Source of the DNA: Circinaria calcarea
Taxonomy: Eukaryota
DNA length: 32,340 bases
Assembly (NCBI GenBank): GCA_051942165.1
Contig: JAVECS010000038.1
Coordinates: forward strand, 1-32,340
Direction: 5' to 3'
Every line of letters starts with the position of its first letter. The first letter of the stretch is position 1. Both the position numbers and the translations under genes were made by a program. The notes under the pieces were generated by a model. That model did no database searches. It was not told the DNA's origin and saw nothing but the letters and a program-made list of their open reading frames with translations. Positions 1-10,692 of the stretch are shown in pieces.

Positions 1-449
1 GATTTGCAGGATCGATTCCGAAATGGAATGCATTGGAGACCGGAGAAGAAGAGGGGGGAGGCGGCGTGTGGTGGAGGTGGGAAAGGGAGATTAGAGTTTG
101 GGAGTGGAGGTGGATGTTGGGTATAGGTTTGGTATGAAGCGTCCAGGGAGGAATTGGCATAGGAACTTTCGAGGCAAGTTTTGAACTACTGCCGGGCATG
201 GGCGTCGTAGAGCCTGTGCACTGATTTGATACGAGAGAGACGGTCGACGCAGCTAGATACTAGTTACACAAAGATATCGCTTACAAGGCGTTGCCCAGTC
301 GTAACGGTCGTAAGCGTGGAGTCAAAACATTAAACGTGCCCTCTCGATCAAGACGTCACCATTTACCACGTATGTACTTTTGTTCCTTTTCCCATCCCCA
401 GAATGAAACTGCACAGACAGATATCGTAAAAGCCTCGGCCCAATCGCCA

Positions 450-2291
450 TTACTTCCGGGCTCTTTTGCCCTTGTTCTCTTCGGTCTGTAAGCCCGCAAG
501 CCTCCACCCATCGGCAGTCTCCTCGATCAGACCCTCCTTGTCCATCCAGTCCCGCAGGACCGTGTCTTCGTGCCAAGTCTGGGTCTCACCGTGGCCACTC
601 TCCAAATGTCGTCCGACATGCTCCATCCGGTTCTCCCACGAGCCTGGCCCCTGAAACACGCCACCTCCCCGGTTGCTGTCTGCGTGATTACAATACCCAC
701 AGACGCTGTACGTTGGCGGCTCGCGTGTGTTCTTCAAACATCGCTTGCTAGCTTGTACGAGTGAGTTAGCGAATTCCTCGTGCTCGGCTGACGAGCTCGA
801 TTCGGAGGGTGCATGCATTCGGCGGAGATGCTGAGTGAAGAGGTCCTTGCGATTGAAGTCGTTGAACGTGGGCTCCTCAACCTCCACCTTGACCGAGACC
901 GTTCGAGCTTTTCGTGAAGATCTCTCCGGGATGGCAGGGGGGAGCTTCTGTTGTGGCAGGCAAGCGCCAAGATCGCACCGCCAGATTCCGAGTCGGAGGT
1001 GTTGCGATGAGACGTGCCGTTTCCATTCGTTCTTGGAGCCAAAAGTGGCGGAGCATCCGTAGAGTCGGAATGTGCAGGTAAACGGGCGGGTGTGGGTCGT
1101 GGAGATGTGTTTCTTGAGAGCGGACTTTGTCTGCAGGGTAGCGGAGCATTGGGAGCAAGTCGTTGCAGGGTCTTTGCCTGCTGCAGAGATAGTCAACGCA
1201 GGAGCGACTTGAGTCTCTTTCGAGGGGCGCTTGACGATTCCGTTGACTGTTGAGCGCTGGCCACTCTTCGTCTTAGTTTTACCTGACCGCGCTCTTGGTG
1301 TTTGCTGGGCGCCCTTACGTTCTCCTCGATGGATGCGAGTATTTCTGATGCTGTGCCCGTGAGCTCTTCGAGTGTCTGGATTATAGTCCGAGCCGCTGTC
1401 GTTGTCTCCGTCGCTCGTGGTATCAACGTTTACGGTCATCTCCTCGTCATCGAGGGTATAGCGCGGCGCTGATCCTTCACGAGGTGCTGGAGTCGAAGCG
1501 TACGTGGGTTGATCATCACAAGTGACGATTGGCGGCAGCCTCGGCGGGCCGAGATCATTTGACGAGCATATATCTGGGGAACCATGGTCTTCCCGGAGGG
1601 CTTTGCTATCATAATCTTCCGGGTAGGTTGTATCGGGGTATTGCTGCACTTCCTGAAGAGTAATCCCAGAATTTGACCTTGGGTGTGTGAAAGACGACGA
1701 GTCGGAGAAGCACCCTCCGGATTGGACCGTGTACGACTGGGAAAATGTACCGTCCGAGTACGTACTTCCTGACGGGCAGATTGTCTCGTAGTTTTGACGT
1801 GAATGGGCATCACCTGCTTCCAATTCGAATCGATCCTCACTTGGCTCCGGACTCCAGGTGCTACCACCAGATGAGGAGCTCTGCTCACTCACACTCACCA
1901 CCCTCTCACCGAAACCGGGCGGAATGTAGCTTGGTGGTGCAATGGCAGAAGACCATGAAGCCGAGCGATGCGGATTGGCGGAGCTCGGGAAGTTCCAGTT
2001 GAAGTCTGGCCGTACAAGTCCCGGACGCCAAGGTGGCAATTCATGGGTGAGGCTCCGGTCGTGGTCGACCAGCGCAAAGCGCATATCATCCTTACCATAC
2101 CAAGGTTTCTGTGGAGTCCATGATGGAGGAGACATCCCGGGATTAAAGGCATGGAAGGCCTCGACGTTGGATGGGGAAGTCATCGAGTGCCACCCAGGGC
2201 GAAGGCGGTCCACTGTCGAGTGCATGCCCGAGACTGGCTCACAACCAAGCTCAATCGAGGGAAGATCATTGAACATGTTGATGCTCCCCAT
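450..2291 (-). CDS. C2H2 zinc-finger transcription factor (about 613 aa from the first in-frame ATG; no intron needed)
   Basis: Long ORF; the track start at 2354 is GTG and the first in-frame ATG is 2291. S/P-rich low-complexity N-terminus, then CSQC...KKHISTTH, linker TRPFTC, CTFRLYGC...FGSKNEWKRHVSSQH, WRC...FNRKDLFTQHLRRMH and CGYC...WENRMEHVGRH. Basic C-terminus KGKRARK. An additional upstream exon is possible (see findings). Confidence 0.9.
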   Translation of the reverse strand: MGSINMFNDLPSIELGCEPVSGMHSTVDRLRPGWHSMTSPSNVEAFHAFNPGMSPPSWTPQKPWYGKDDMRFALVDHDRSLTHELPPWRPGLVRPDFNWNFPSSANPHRSASWSSAIAPPSYIPPGFGERVVSVSEQSSSSGGSTWSPEPSEDRFELEAGDAHSRQNYETICPSGSTYSDGTFSQSYTVQSGGCFSDSSSFTHPRSNSGITLQEVQQYPDTTYPEDYDSKALREDHGSPDICSSNDLGPPRLPPIVTCDDQPTYASTPAPREGSAPRYTLDDEEMTVNVDTTSDGDNDSGSDYNPDTRRAHGHSIRNTRIHRGERKGAQQTPRARSGKTKTKSGQRSTVNGIVKRPSKETQVAPALTISAAGKDPATTCSQCSATLQTKSALKKHISTTHTRPFTCTFRLYGCSATFGSKNEWKRHVSSQHLRLGIWRCDLGACLPQQKLPPAIPERSSRKARTVSVKVEVEEPTFNDFNRKDLFTQHLRRMHAPSESSSSAEHEEFANSLVQASKRCLKNTREPPTYSVCGYCNHADSNRGGGVFQGPGSWENRMEHVGRHLESGHGETQTWHEDTVLRDWMDKEGLIEETADGWRLAGLQTEENKGKRARK

Positions 2292-3340
2292 GACTGTAGT
2301 GTTCAGAAATTCTGTCAGTTGTCCACGACTGCGGACACGAAGCTTGATTGACACGTGTCGCGACCTGGGCAGGAAGAAGGCGGTAGGGCCGGCGATACAG
2401 GAGGCGAAGGCGCGGGAGGGTCCTTCTCCGTATAGGGGAGTTAGAGTGACCGTTGAAAGGGGGGCGGTGGATAGAATGGAGATACAATGCGTTTAGGGAC
2501 CGGTGAGGGAATTGACCAGCGACTGGTTCGAACGGTGAATCGAGCAGACGTGGCCGTAGAGACCAGAAACGTAAGGAGATAGAGAGGCCTGGGTGGTAGT
2601 GATACGGTATCATGGGTGGGAGGTGAGATCTCAAACATAGAGGCAGCCGGGCTGCGCGGAGGGAGGGCATCGACCAGGTTATAAGTGCCCCCGAGCAATT
2701 CCAAAATCTTACCGCAGGACAAGAGGGTGTGAAAAGAGCCGCATCGATTTATGGACGATGAGGGAGCGATGCGTACAGAGCGACCCCTGCAGGAAGGGGT
2801 AGCTTCTGTGCCTCGAAAGGAGGGCAGCAGCTCCATAGGTATGCAGCCTCAACCACATCGCGTGCATGTACCCGTCCAATGGAGGAGCCGGTGGCTGCCT
2901 TCCCAGGCCGGTGGGACAAGAAGGTGAAAGTGCATTCCTGAGATGCAGAGGCACTATACTATGCTGCGCCTTGGACTCTCCCGAATGCCTCTCCCTGAGG
3001 AAATGGAAGTGGAAATCCGATGGTGATTTGCCGGAAAGGCGAAAGAAAGGCGGCGTGGCAGGAGGGCCATCCGAGGCGTCGTGACCTGCACCACCGGACA
3101 TACCTACCTGCATTGGATTTCGAGAGGACTCTGAGCCCCCACACCGGGGGGTCCTGCATATGGTAAGTCCTAAGCCCTACCTGCCGTGGGTACTTCCAAC
3201 GAGGAGGCGTAACAACCACGAGAGTAGAAATCAGGAACACTGCCTCGCATCTCAAAATGCCTCAGGCAACGTGGAAGTGCATCGAGCTTCATGCGGTGGA
3301 GAAGGCAGATTGGAGTGCTCCCTTCGTCAGACCTCTAGTG

Positions 3341-3367
3341 GTTGCTGTGGCTGCTGTTGCTGCTGCT
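3341..3367 (+). repeat. Imperfect (GCT/GTT)n trinucleotide microsatellite
   Basis: gttgctgtggctgctgttgctgctgct read directly. Confidence 0.5.
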
Positions 3368-3761
3368 TTAGCGGTGACCTGACTCCGCCGGGACACCGCA
3401 TCGAAGAAACGAAGCTGAGGAGAGTGGAGTCGGGGGAGTATGGGGAGGGGATGACGGGATTGGTCGGTCGAGGAGCTGATTTTCTCGCTCATGACCGGGC
3501 TCGATCAGGCAGACGCTCCTTGACGCCTGAGCTACTCCGTAATGGCAGACGCCTCAATTGCCTTCTTTTTTCGGGGCGAAGGTCAAGAAAAGTGCCAGAG
3601 GCTTGTGGTAAAGTGACCATCGGCTCTTCGACCAATCACACGTCGGCCCGCGTCACACAACCAACCACAAGAAAGAGTCGAGAATCCCGCTTTGGGCGGC
3701 TACGGGAGTATTCTATGCGACGAGCACTGAATGGCTTTTCGCTTTTCGCTTTTCTTCCCTC

Positions 3762-3786
3762 TTCCCACTTCCCACTTCCCACTTCC
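3762..3786 (+). repeat. (TTCCCAC)x3 at the end of a pyrimidine tract (about 3736-3786)
   Basis: ttttcgcttttcgcttttcttccctcttcccacttcccacttcccacttcc read directly. Confidence 0.6.
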
Positions 3787-4975
3787 TCGCAGCAACAAGG
3801 GTTATTGCGGCTCTTCCGTTGGACCCACCAACCATAGATAATAGTGAACGATTGCTCCTGCGATCCCCAAGAGCCTCCATGCCTCTGGTTCTCGAGTTTA
3901 GTGAACCACCTGACTCCTTCTTTCCTGCTCCAAAACTCGGTCCCGGGGCCGAACTGCCTATTCCACTCCGAAAAAAGCAAACATGACGCTCCACCTCGAG
4001 AAGCGCCGTGAAAGATCTATTTCCACTCCTCGCACCCTTCTTCCTACACCCCCTTCATCGGCGTCGTCTCCATCTGTGGTTCGTTTTCTACTAACCAAAG
4101 GAGGCTTATCCAGGGCGCTGGACCAGATCTCTTCCATTAACAAATGCTATACCTATACCAGCAGTGTCGCACAATGATTAAGGTCACGGGGATTCGGCTA
4201 GCAATCGCCCCATAAAGGGAATAGAACTTAGTGACTTAATTCAATGGTGTCGATCGAGGAAATGCACATTCATCGAGATGCATAGTGAACCAACTGGAGA
4301 TTGGTACACATAGACTGGGAATTCATACATCGAAGAGTGTACATGACCCAGCTACTCTGATGCCGCCTAGTCCTACTTGCTCTCTTGCCACCCTGTTTCC
4401 CGGTACATCAGACAATAAAATATTATCGCCTTTCATTTATTGACTCTGGTGGGATTGCACAATAGAGGGTAATGCTATAATTCTGGGAATGTACCTAACA
4501 AGTTTATATTACTATAAGACAAGCCACTGTAAATCAGTGAATTCTGTTCCATTGTCTCTTTTGTCATCCGGCTTCTGAGCATATCCTCCTAACATTATGG
4601 CTTTTATATGTTCGAGGTGGCCTGGAAGATTGAAATGAGAACCATTATACAACTCATATAATCAATGATGATTTGATCCCCACGAGCTTCGGCTAGGGCT
4701 TTCCAGATTGCTCTGGCGCGTGACAGAACTCCAGAAAGGATGTGCAACATGACGGACGCCCGCAGTCTATTATGTTTCGCATATTAAATGGTAAGACGAA
4801 GCTCTTACGCCTTTCACTGTTTAGACCTGATACCCAGGAACCGCAGTAAAAGTGGTGTTCTAGCGCAGTTTGTGATAGTGGAGCTCGCTTAAGGAACCCT
4901 AATCTGGATTGTTATTCTTCCTGCCACCCCTTATACATTGACACTAGACTCCTCGAAAACTTGCTGTTCAACACA

Positions 4976-5019
4976 CACACAAGCACGATGTTCTTTTCAC
5001 ACTAGCACGATGTTCTTTT
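4976..5019 (+). repeat. 22-bp tandem duplication upstream of the orphan ORF
   Basis: CACACAAGCACGATGTTCTTTT (4976-4997) followed by CACACTAGCACGATGTTCTTTT (4998-5019), 21/22 identical. Confidence 0.85.
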
Positions 5020-5265
5020 CTTGCCCATATGATTGATCCGGATCCACTCCTTGCTCAATCACCCACTGACTGATCGGACGAGTCGAATCATTCCTTTTAG
5101 ACCTACAAGCGTAGATGAGCGTCTTCATAAACGTTATTGGAAACATCCGAGCATCCTTGCTGTTGACGCATCACCCATTTGCAGTATCTTCGAGCTTCAG
5201 CGAAACAACACAGCACCACACAACAGAGTTTGCTCTCGGCCTCTCGAGAACTTGCATCCACTAAG

Positions 5266-6093
5266 ATGGCAGGTGGCATCACTGTTCCTATCCCGAGCAT
5301 AGAGACGACCCAGTATTTCGCCCTTCCCACCACAACCGCGAGGAGGACCAGGAATTTCGCCTTTTCCGACCAGTTCATAACCCTTACCTCTGCTCCTATC
5401 CTAGCACAGCCTGCCAAACTGGGCCACTTTAACCACACCCACGTTGCCAGTGCCAAAAACGAGATCGCCGAATCGCTCGACCGAGGCAGGGCGACAATAG
5501 CCGATTTCCTACCTTCAATGAAACTTGAAGTCGGAGACATGTGGGATAAGCTGGGTGATGCCATAAAGGCTGAAGAAGACCGAGCTCGCATCTTTGAACA
5601 TCTTCATGATTTTCTCAACTGGGGCGAATTGAATCCCTCAGAGTCCATCGCCTCAATGCCTGATAGCCGAATGCGTAGCCAGGCTCTTCCCGACGACGAT
5701 GACGACGACGGCAGCACCGAGGACGAGAACGACAAGAACTGTACCAACGGAGCTATCCTCGAGGAGTCCAAAGCTCTGCGCCATAGAGTGCGATCTTACT
5801 GCAAAAACGTCGAATGCGTCCTCCTGCGAGGTAAAGCCTGGAAAGGCGACGAGTGTCCCGAAGCAGGAGTGTTCGGCCTTGGTGGAATAGCCCCGGGATC
5901 AGGGGCCCAACGCCAACCGTGTCCGTCGACCTTCTTGGGTGAGTTGAAGGAGGAGAAAGAGCTGTGGGAAACACTATGGCAAGGGTGTTGGGTCGCCTGG
6001 GAAAGATTCCTACACTTGCAGGGGAGAATGACAACGTTGGCAAAACTTTGGAAGATTGATGGATATCCACCCGAGACAGAAGAATGCTGTTGA
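5266..6093 (+). CDS. Hypothetical protein, 275 aa, no recognised domain
   Basis: Uninterrupted ORF; first ATG at 5266 in good context (AAGATGG). Protein-like composition with an acidic tract (DDDDDDGSTEDEND) and helical, Trp-rich segments. Flanked by more AT-rich, stop-rich DNA. Confidence 0.65.
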   Translation: MAGGITVPIPSIETTQYFALPTTTARRTRNFAFSDQFITLTSAPILAQPAKLGHFNHTHVASAKNEIAESLDRGRATIADFLPSMKLEVGDMWDKLGDAIKAEEDRARIFEHLHDFLNWGELNPSESIASMPDSRMRSQALPDDDDDDGSTEDENDKNCTNGAILEESKALRHRVRSYCKNVECVLLRGKAWKGDECPEAGVFGLGGIAPGSGAQRQPCPSTFLGELKEEKELWETLWQGCWVAWERFLHLQGRMTTLAKLWKIDGYPPETEECC

Positions 6094-7289
6094 GTGGATC
6101 GGAAGGGACTCTCATGCACGTCAATAGGGATGGAACGTCGGAAGACTGTCTAGCTTTCCTACCAGCTGGCAGGTTGGATGACAAGCCACCTGAGGCACTA
6201 GAAAAAAGGGTAAATTGGTGGATGTACGTTGTATGAATGCGAAAATGGATGACGAGCTGTCTGGATGTCGAGCACTTCATGTGTGCCGCGTTTTTTTAGT
6301 CTCTGAAGACAATGTTTTAATCCGCCAGTCGGCGGCCCCAAGGATTTTTGATCTCCTTCTGGTGGTTACTCACTTGAAGGGTCAAAAGGACAATCCGCCG
6401 AGATATTCAAGGAGGCTTTCATCCACGATGCGATACTCTAGATGTACGGTTCAGTCCACGTCAGAAATGAGAATGCAGCTTTTCAATTATCAGTTCCTGA
6501 CATTGTCAATCAACAAATCTAGGCTTTAAGAGCGAGAACGTGTTGGACTAATTTGTGAATGAAACCCCTTACTAACCTACTACTTCGCATATTGACGGTG
6601 AAGCAATGGATGATCAAGCAAAGGCGAAAGCATCGAAGCATTACGACTGTCTTAAGTCAAATAGACGGAATTCAGAGAAAAGAGCGGGATCACTACCCAA
6701 TTTACTCTTAAACCAGGCTACCATTAGACAGCAATATTGGCGAGACCAGACGATCGGGGTTTCCCGTTCCAGAATCTTGTCAAGTTTAGAAAGGTCAACG
6801 TCTTCTGTTCTTTGGTAGCGTCATATTGTTGTTCCATGTATCGACTACCTCCTCGTTTGACGACTTGCAAAAGGAACAGTATCCATTGTCCAAGTTATAA
6901 ATATCTTTGCACTGTACCTTTAGAAGATGGCGAGTTGGTGATCTAACCAAAATCAAGCCCATAACTCAGCCGCACAGGGGTCGAGCAGCTTGCGTCAGTT
7001 CGGATGGTGCAATCGGAAATTGGTCTGTGTGATAACATGGTGCGAGTGAAGCCATCAGAAGACAAGAAGGGAGAGAGACACGAAGAGTGTACATTTAGGC
7101 CTTTGTGTATTGAGACTCAAGGTATATCACACTTAGGCACCTTCCCAATCTAAATGCTGGACCGTTGTGCAATACCAACCGTTCCCTCATTTTACAAAGC
7201 ACTCCGTCCTCAACACCACATAAGCATGCTCTTTCTCCTCAACAACCCTTGCACCTTTCCGGATTCATGCATTCCTCATTTGCGTAGGC

Positions 7290-7818
7290 TTAACAACATG
7301 CCTCCAAGCAGTCGCATGTCTGATCACAAACAAAACAACAGCAGAGCGCCGCGATACTACCATGGAGAATCTTGAATCAGTCAAGTCCTGTCGCGCCAAC
7401 ACCGAATTAGAATCGGTGAAGTAGCTCACCAAGCTTTAAAGCATCCCCCGCTGTTGTCCTTCTGCCTTGGAGCGGTTGGCGGAGGCCCCTGCTGGTATTG
7501 CATCTGCGGTGTGAACGGTCATTAGTTTGGATTTGGTGAACAGGTTGTGCTTAGCGAAGGAGAAGGTACGCACGGGTGGAGGACCTTGGTTGTACCCATA
7601 GCCTTGCTGGGGAGGAGGATAGCCTTGTTGAGGATAGCCGCCGCCATAACTGTGAGGATGACAACAGGTCAGCTTAAATCATGTACGAGCCGGGCCTTCC
7701 ATCGTTTTTGACGGTTGATCACGGACTGTCACGAAGGTGGAAATAGGTGGACGACGAAGACATACGCTTGCTGTGGGTACTGGGGCTGCTGATTGCTGTA
7801 GTAACCTTGGTTGGACAT
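7290..7818 (-). CDS. CYSTM (cysteine-rich transmembrane module) family protein, 89 aa; exons 7818-7766, 7649-7574, 7503-7430, 7356-7290
   Basis: Three canonical introns (GTATGT..GCTGAC..CAG; GTGCGT..ACTAAT..CAG; GTGAGC..ACTGAT..TAG) join into a 270-nt CDS: MSNQGYYSNQQPQYPQQAYGGGYPQQGYPPPQQGYGYNQGPPPMQYQQGPPPTAPRQKDNSGGCFKACIAALCCCFVCDQTCDCLEACC. A P/Q/G/Y-rich head with a GC..AC.AALCCC tail is the CYSTM architecture. Confidence 0.92.
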
Positions 7819-9310
7819 TGTGATGAGTCGGTGGATGGACCGCCGAGCAAATGAACCAGGTGGATGGAATGCGCTTTGTACTCCGTACCGTTGGATCTTC
7901 GAGTCTTGGCTTGAAGGGATCGGCAATCTTGGCTTCTTGGGCCGGCAGCGCAAAGAATGTGTGAAGGGTGAATGGTGAATGGGGTGGCGGGGGGGGTGTG
8001 ATCGATCTGGGATGACGTGGATTGCGTATACGGTGGCGGGAGGTTTTTGGTCCGTCGTACATCGGCTCCTTCTTGGTGGTGCTCGCTTTGGGATTCGCTT
8101 TGGGATTCTAGTGACCGGTCATTTGAAAGGAGTCTTCTTAGCCGTGTGCAGTTTCGTCAATCAGGTCTGTTGTCTGATTCAATGCCTCTCCTGGTTCGTT
8201 GCAATTCAAATACAGAGTATGCAGCTCCCACATCGATCAGCCCAGCTCAACAGTGCACGCTTCCGCAGTAAACACCCTAGCCTGCATTATCACACTATGG
8301 AATTCAAAAACATAGACTCCAAATTCGTCATCTTAACATCAAATCCCCAGTCAAAGGCGAATATCAGTGTAGCCTTCCTAACATCATTAAGATGTTAGCT
8401 TGCCTGGTTTGCCAAACCCTCGACGATGGAGACCTTCGAAAGTACCTTCCGAAAGAGATGGAGATGCCTCTTACACATTGTGAGCTCAAGATGGTTCTCC
8501 CTCCAATTCAGGCTCTGAAGGCTCTCTTGAGTTTTCTCTATATGAGCTACACATCAAAGATTATCACAAATCTACTCGGGAACGATTTCTCAACCTTCGC
8601 TCTTCTTCCAACCCCAGCTATCGACTTTATTACTACGACGTAAACCGGAAGCAGAAACTTCCAGCAAGGAAAGCCAAGGCTCTACAGGTAGCTTTACTGG
8701 GAGCGCCTAAGTCAAATCCTACTATTATCAAACCCGCCCTAGAGAGTTTACTACTCGGTATTGTTTCTTTCTTGGGTTTTTCTGTCTTTGATTGCCAAGC
8801 AGCTTGCCAGCTTTGTGAGAGGGTAAGATGTACTTCAATGTTGAGATTCCTCAAGCACAATCTCACCAAAGCCCATACGCATACAAGGCAACACCATTCG
8901 ACGCAGCCATGCGATTGGGTCTCCATATTATCAATACGGGTAGGATTGACCATACCGTTTCGTTCTGGCTGCGATCGAGAGGGCAGCAGAATGTTTGAAG
9001 ACGAACACGCTAGTAAACGAGTCGAGGCAAAACGACCTGTCAAATGCCACGTCTGTTAGGGATTTACGCCTGTTATTTAAATTCTATGCATAAGGCGCGT
9101 ATGCAAAAGTGTATTAAAGCTATTCATATGCTTCTGTGGGCAGAAATGGGTCCCCGGAGCCTAATAGGCCCCCTCCGTACGCCCTATGCCCGTTCCGTAA
9201 TAACGCCGATAAATAGCAAAAATTCCTAGTTGGAGTTGATAAACCTAGGCTGGCAGTCCGGTCCGCCAAAGCGATAATTTCAAAGATAACTTGTAATAAA
9301 ATAAAATAAA

Positions 9311-9345
9311 AATAAGCAATAAGTAATAAGTAATAAGCAATAAAC
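9311..9345 (+). repeat. AT-rich heptamer tandem repeat (AATAAGY)x4 plus one degenerate copy
   Basis: aataagc aataagt aataagt aataagc aataaac, preceded by (TAAAA)n. Confidence 0.8.
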
Positions 9346-9433
9346 ATTTATATTTCCAAAACTCACAAATCGAAGGATTTTATAGTGGAAATTTGAAGTG
9401 TTAGTTTGCGGAATCCCAAAGCGAGGAAAGGCC

Positions 9434-9438
9434 AAAAA
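9434..9438 (-). terminator. RNA polymerase III terminator (T5) of the tRNA-Val gene
   Basis: TTTTT on the minus strand, separated by 6 nt from the tRNA discriminator base. Confidence 0.7.
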
Positions 9439-9444
9439 GGGATT

Positions 9445-9533
9445 TGACCAGACTGAGGCTCGAACTCAGGACCTTGTCCGTTTTTAGCTAGGAACTGTTA
9501 AGGACACGTGATAACCAACTACACCATCCGGCC
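9445..9533 (-). tRNA. tRNA-Val, anticodon AAC, with a 15-nt intron (9481-9495)
   Basis: Minus strand GGCCGGATGGTGTAGTTGGTTATCACGTGTCCTT-AAC-A[GTTCCTAGCTAAAAA]CGGACAAGGTCCTGAGTTCGAGCCTCAGTCTGGTCA. Acceptor stem GGCCGGA/TCTGGTC, A box TGGTGTAGTTGG, anticodon stem TGTCC/GGACA, T arm CTGAG-TTCGAGC-CTCAG. The intron sits at the canonical 37/38 position. Confidence 0.96.
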
Positions 9534-10692
9534 GTTACTTATATGACGATATTTGTCAAGTTAAATTATATATTCCAATTTAAAGCTTAGATTAAAGCTA
9601 GTGTCCATTCCGCTCCTAGGCAAGCTTACATTACTACAAATCGACCCTATCTCTTGATCTCTCGGATTTTACCTTGTTTTACGTGTAACAACATTGCTTT
9701 ACGCAGCTTCTGTATACGGCCTGGCGTGCATTGATGCGAACTCATCCCTTTAACCGACTGGCTGCTTTCGCGCTCGATACAGGTCAAGCCCTGTTTACAT
9801 CAACAGGCAACACCAAGGCATGTTCCCGGCTTATATACAACTTGGAATTTAATTTAATTGATTATATTACTACCTACGGTGTCATCAATGACGTAGAAAG
9901 CGTGAGGGTATGTGGTGCGCTAGCAGTTTCTTGTGCAACCCAACCGAGCGAAGGCAGCCTAAATCGAAGCTGGCAGTCTCTTACCTGTTACGGCCCTGTA
10001 CTGCCCTAATAGTACTCCGTCTTGCTCCCTCGCTGCTCCCTTAGTGCTCCCTTTAAAGTAGCCCTTGCTCTCTTTCCTGAACGAGAACGTCAATCAGCAA
10101 TCCCAAGTTCGGGATGCAGCTAATATATTGATATCTATAATAGTTAGACGAGCTGCTACATCATGTTATATTAGTCACACAGACTCCTCCCTTCTGACCG
10201 TTGAAGGTTGAAATGTACTTGTGCCCTCAGGTGATTGGTGCGACGGCTGAACTACGCTGAACTATCAGCGACGTTTATATGACCGAGTTGCGTTAACTAC
10301 ATTATGAACTGCGTTGTAGGCACTTTCTCATGGTTGGACACATTGTACACATTCTTTACCAACAATAGACGATGCGGTCGTAAAGATTTTCATTTATGAG
10401 CGTGAATAACTGATAATTATCATGGAGAATAGTGCTATCAACGATACCACCAGAATAGTACAATAAACTTAGTTCAGTCATCCTCCACTGCCTTGTACAC
10501 TGCATGTGCTGGTTACCTTACTATAACGTGTAATATAAGACACTCCAAAGCCGATAAATCCCACGCCGTACTTCCTCCACAATAAATGCCTGAACTTCCA
10601 CAAAAAACTGGTAAGACATGAACTGCCAAATTCGTGTTGGATTGACGAATTGGAAAAACGGTTCTAAACAAATTTTGAAAAATTGCACACAA

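Noticed and set aside
3160..3837. 225-aa plus-strand ORF with a poly-Cys stretch
   Set aside because: The Cys run comes from a GCT microsatellite, the composition is Arg/Ser-rich and unlike a folded protein, and it lies antisense in the upstream region of the first zinc-finger gene.
6085..7298. Both convergent genes (orphan ORF and CYSTM) end in ExCC
   Set aside because: No other similarity at DNA or protein level; most likely coincidence.
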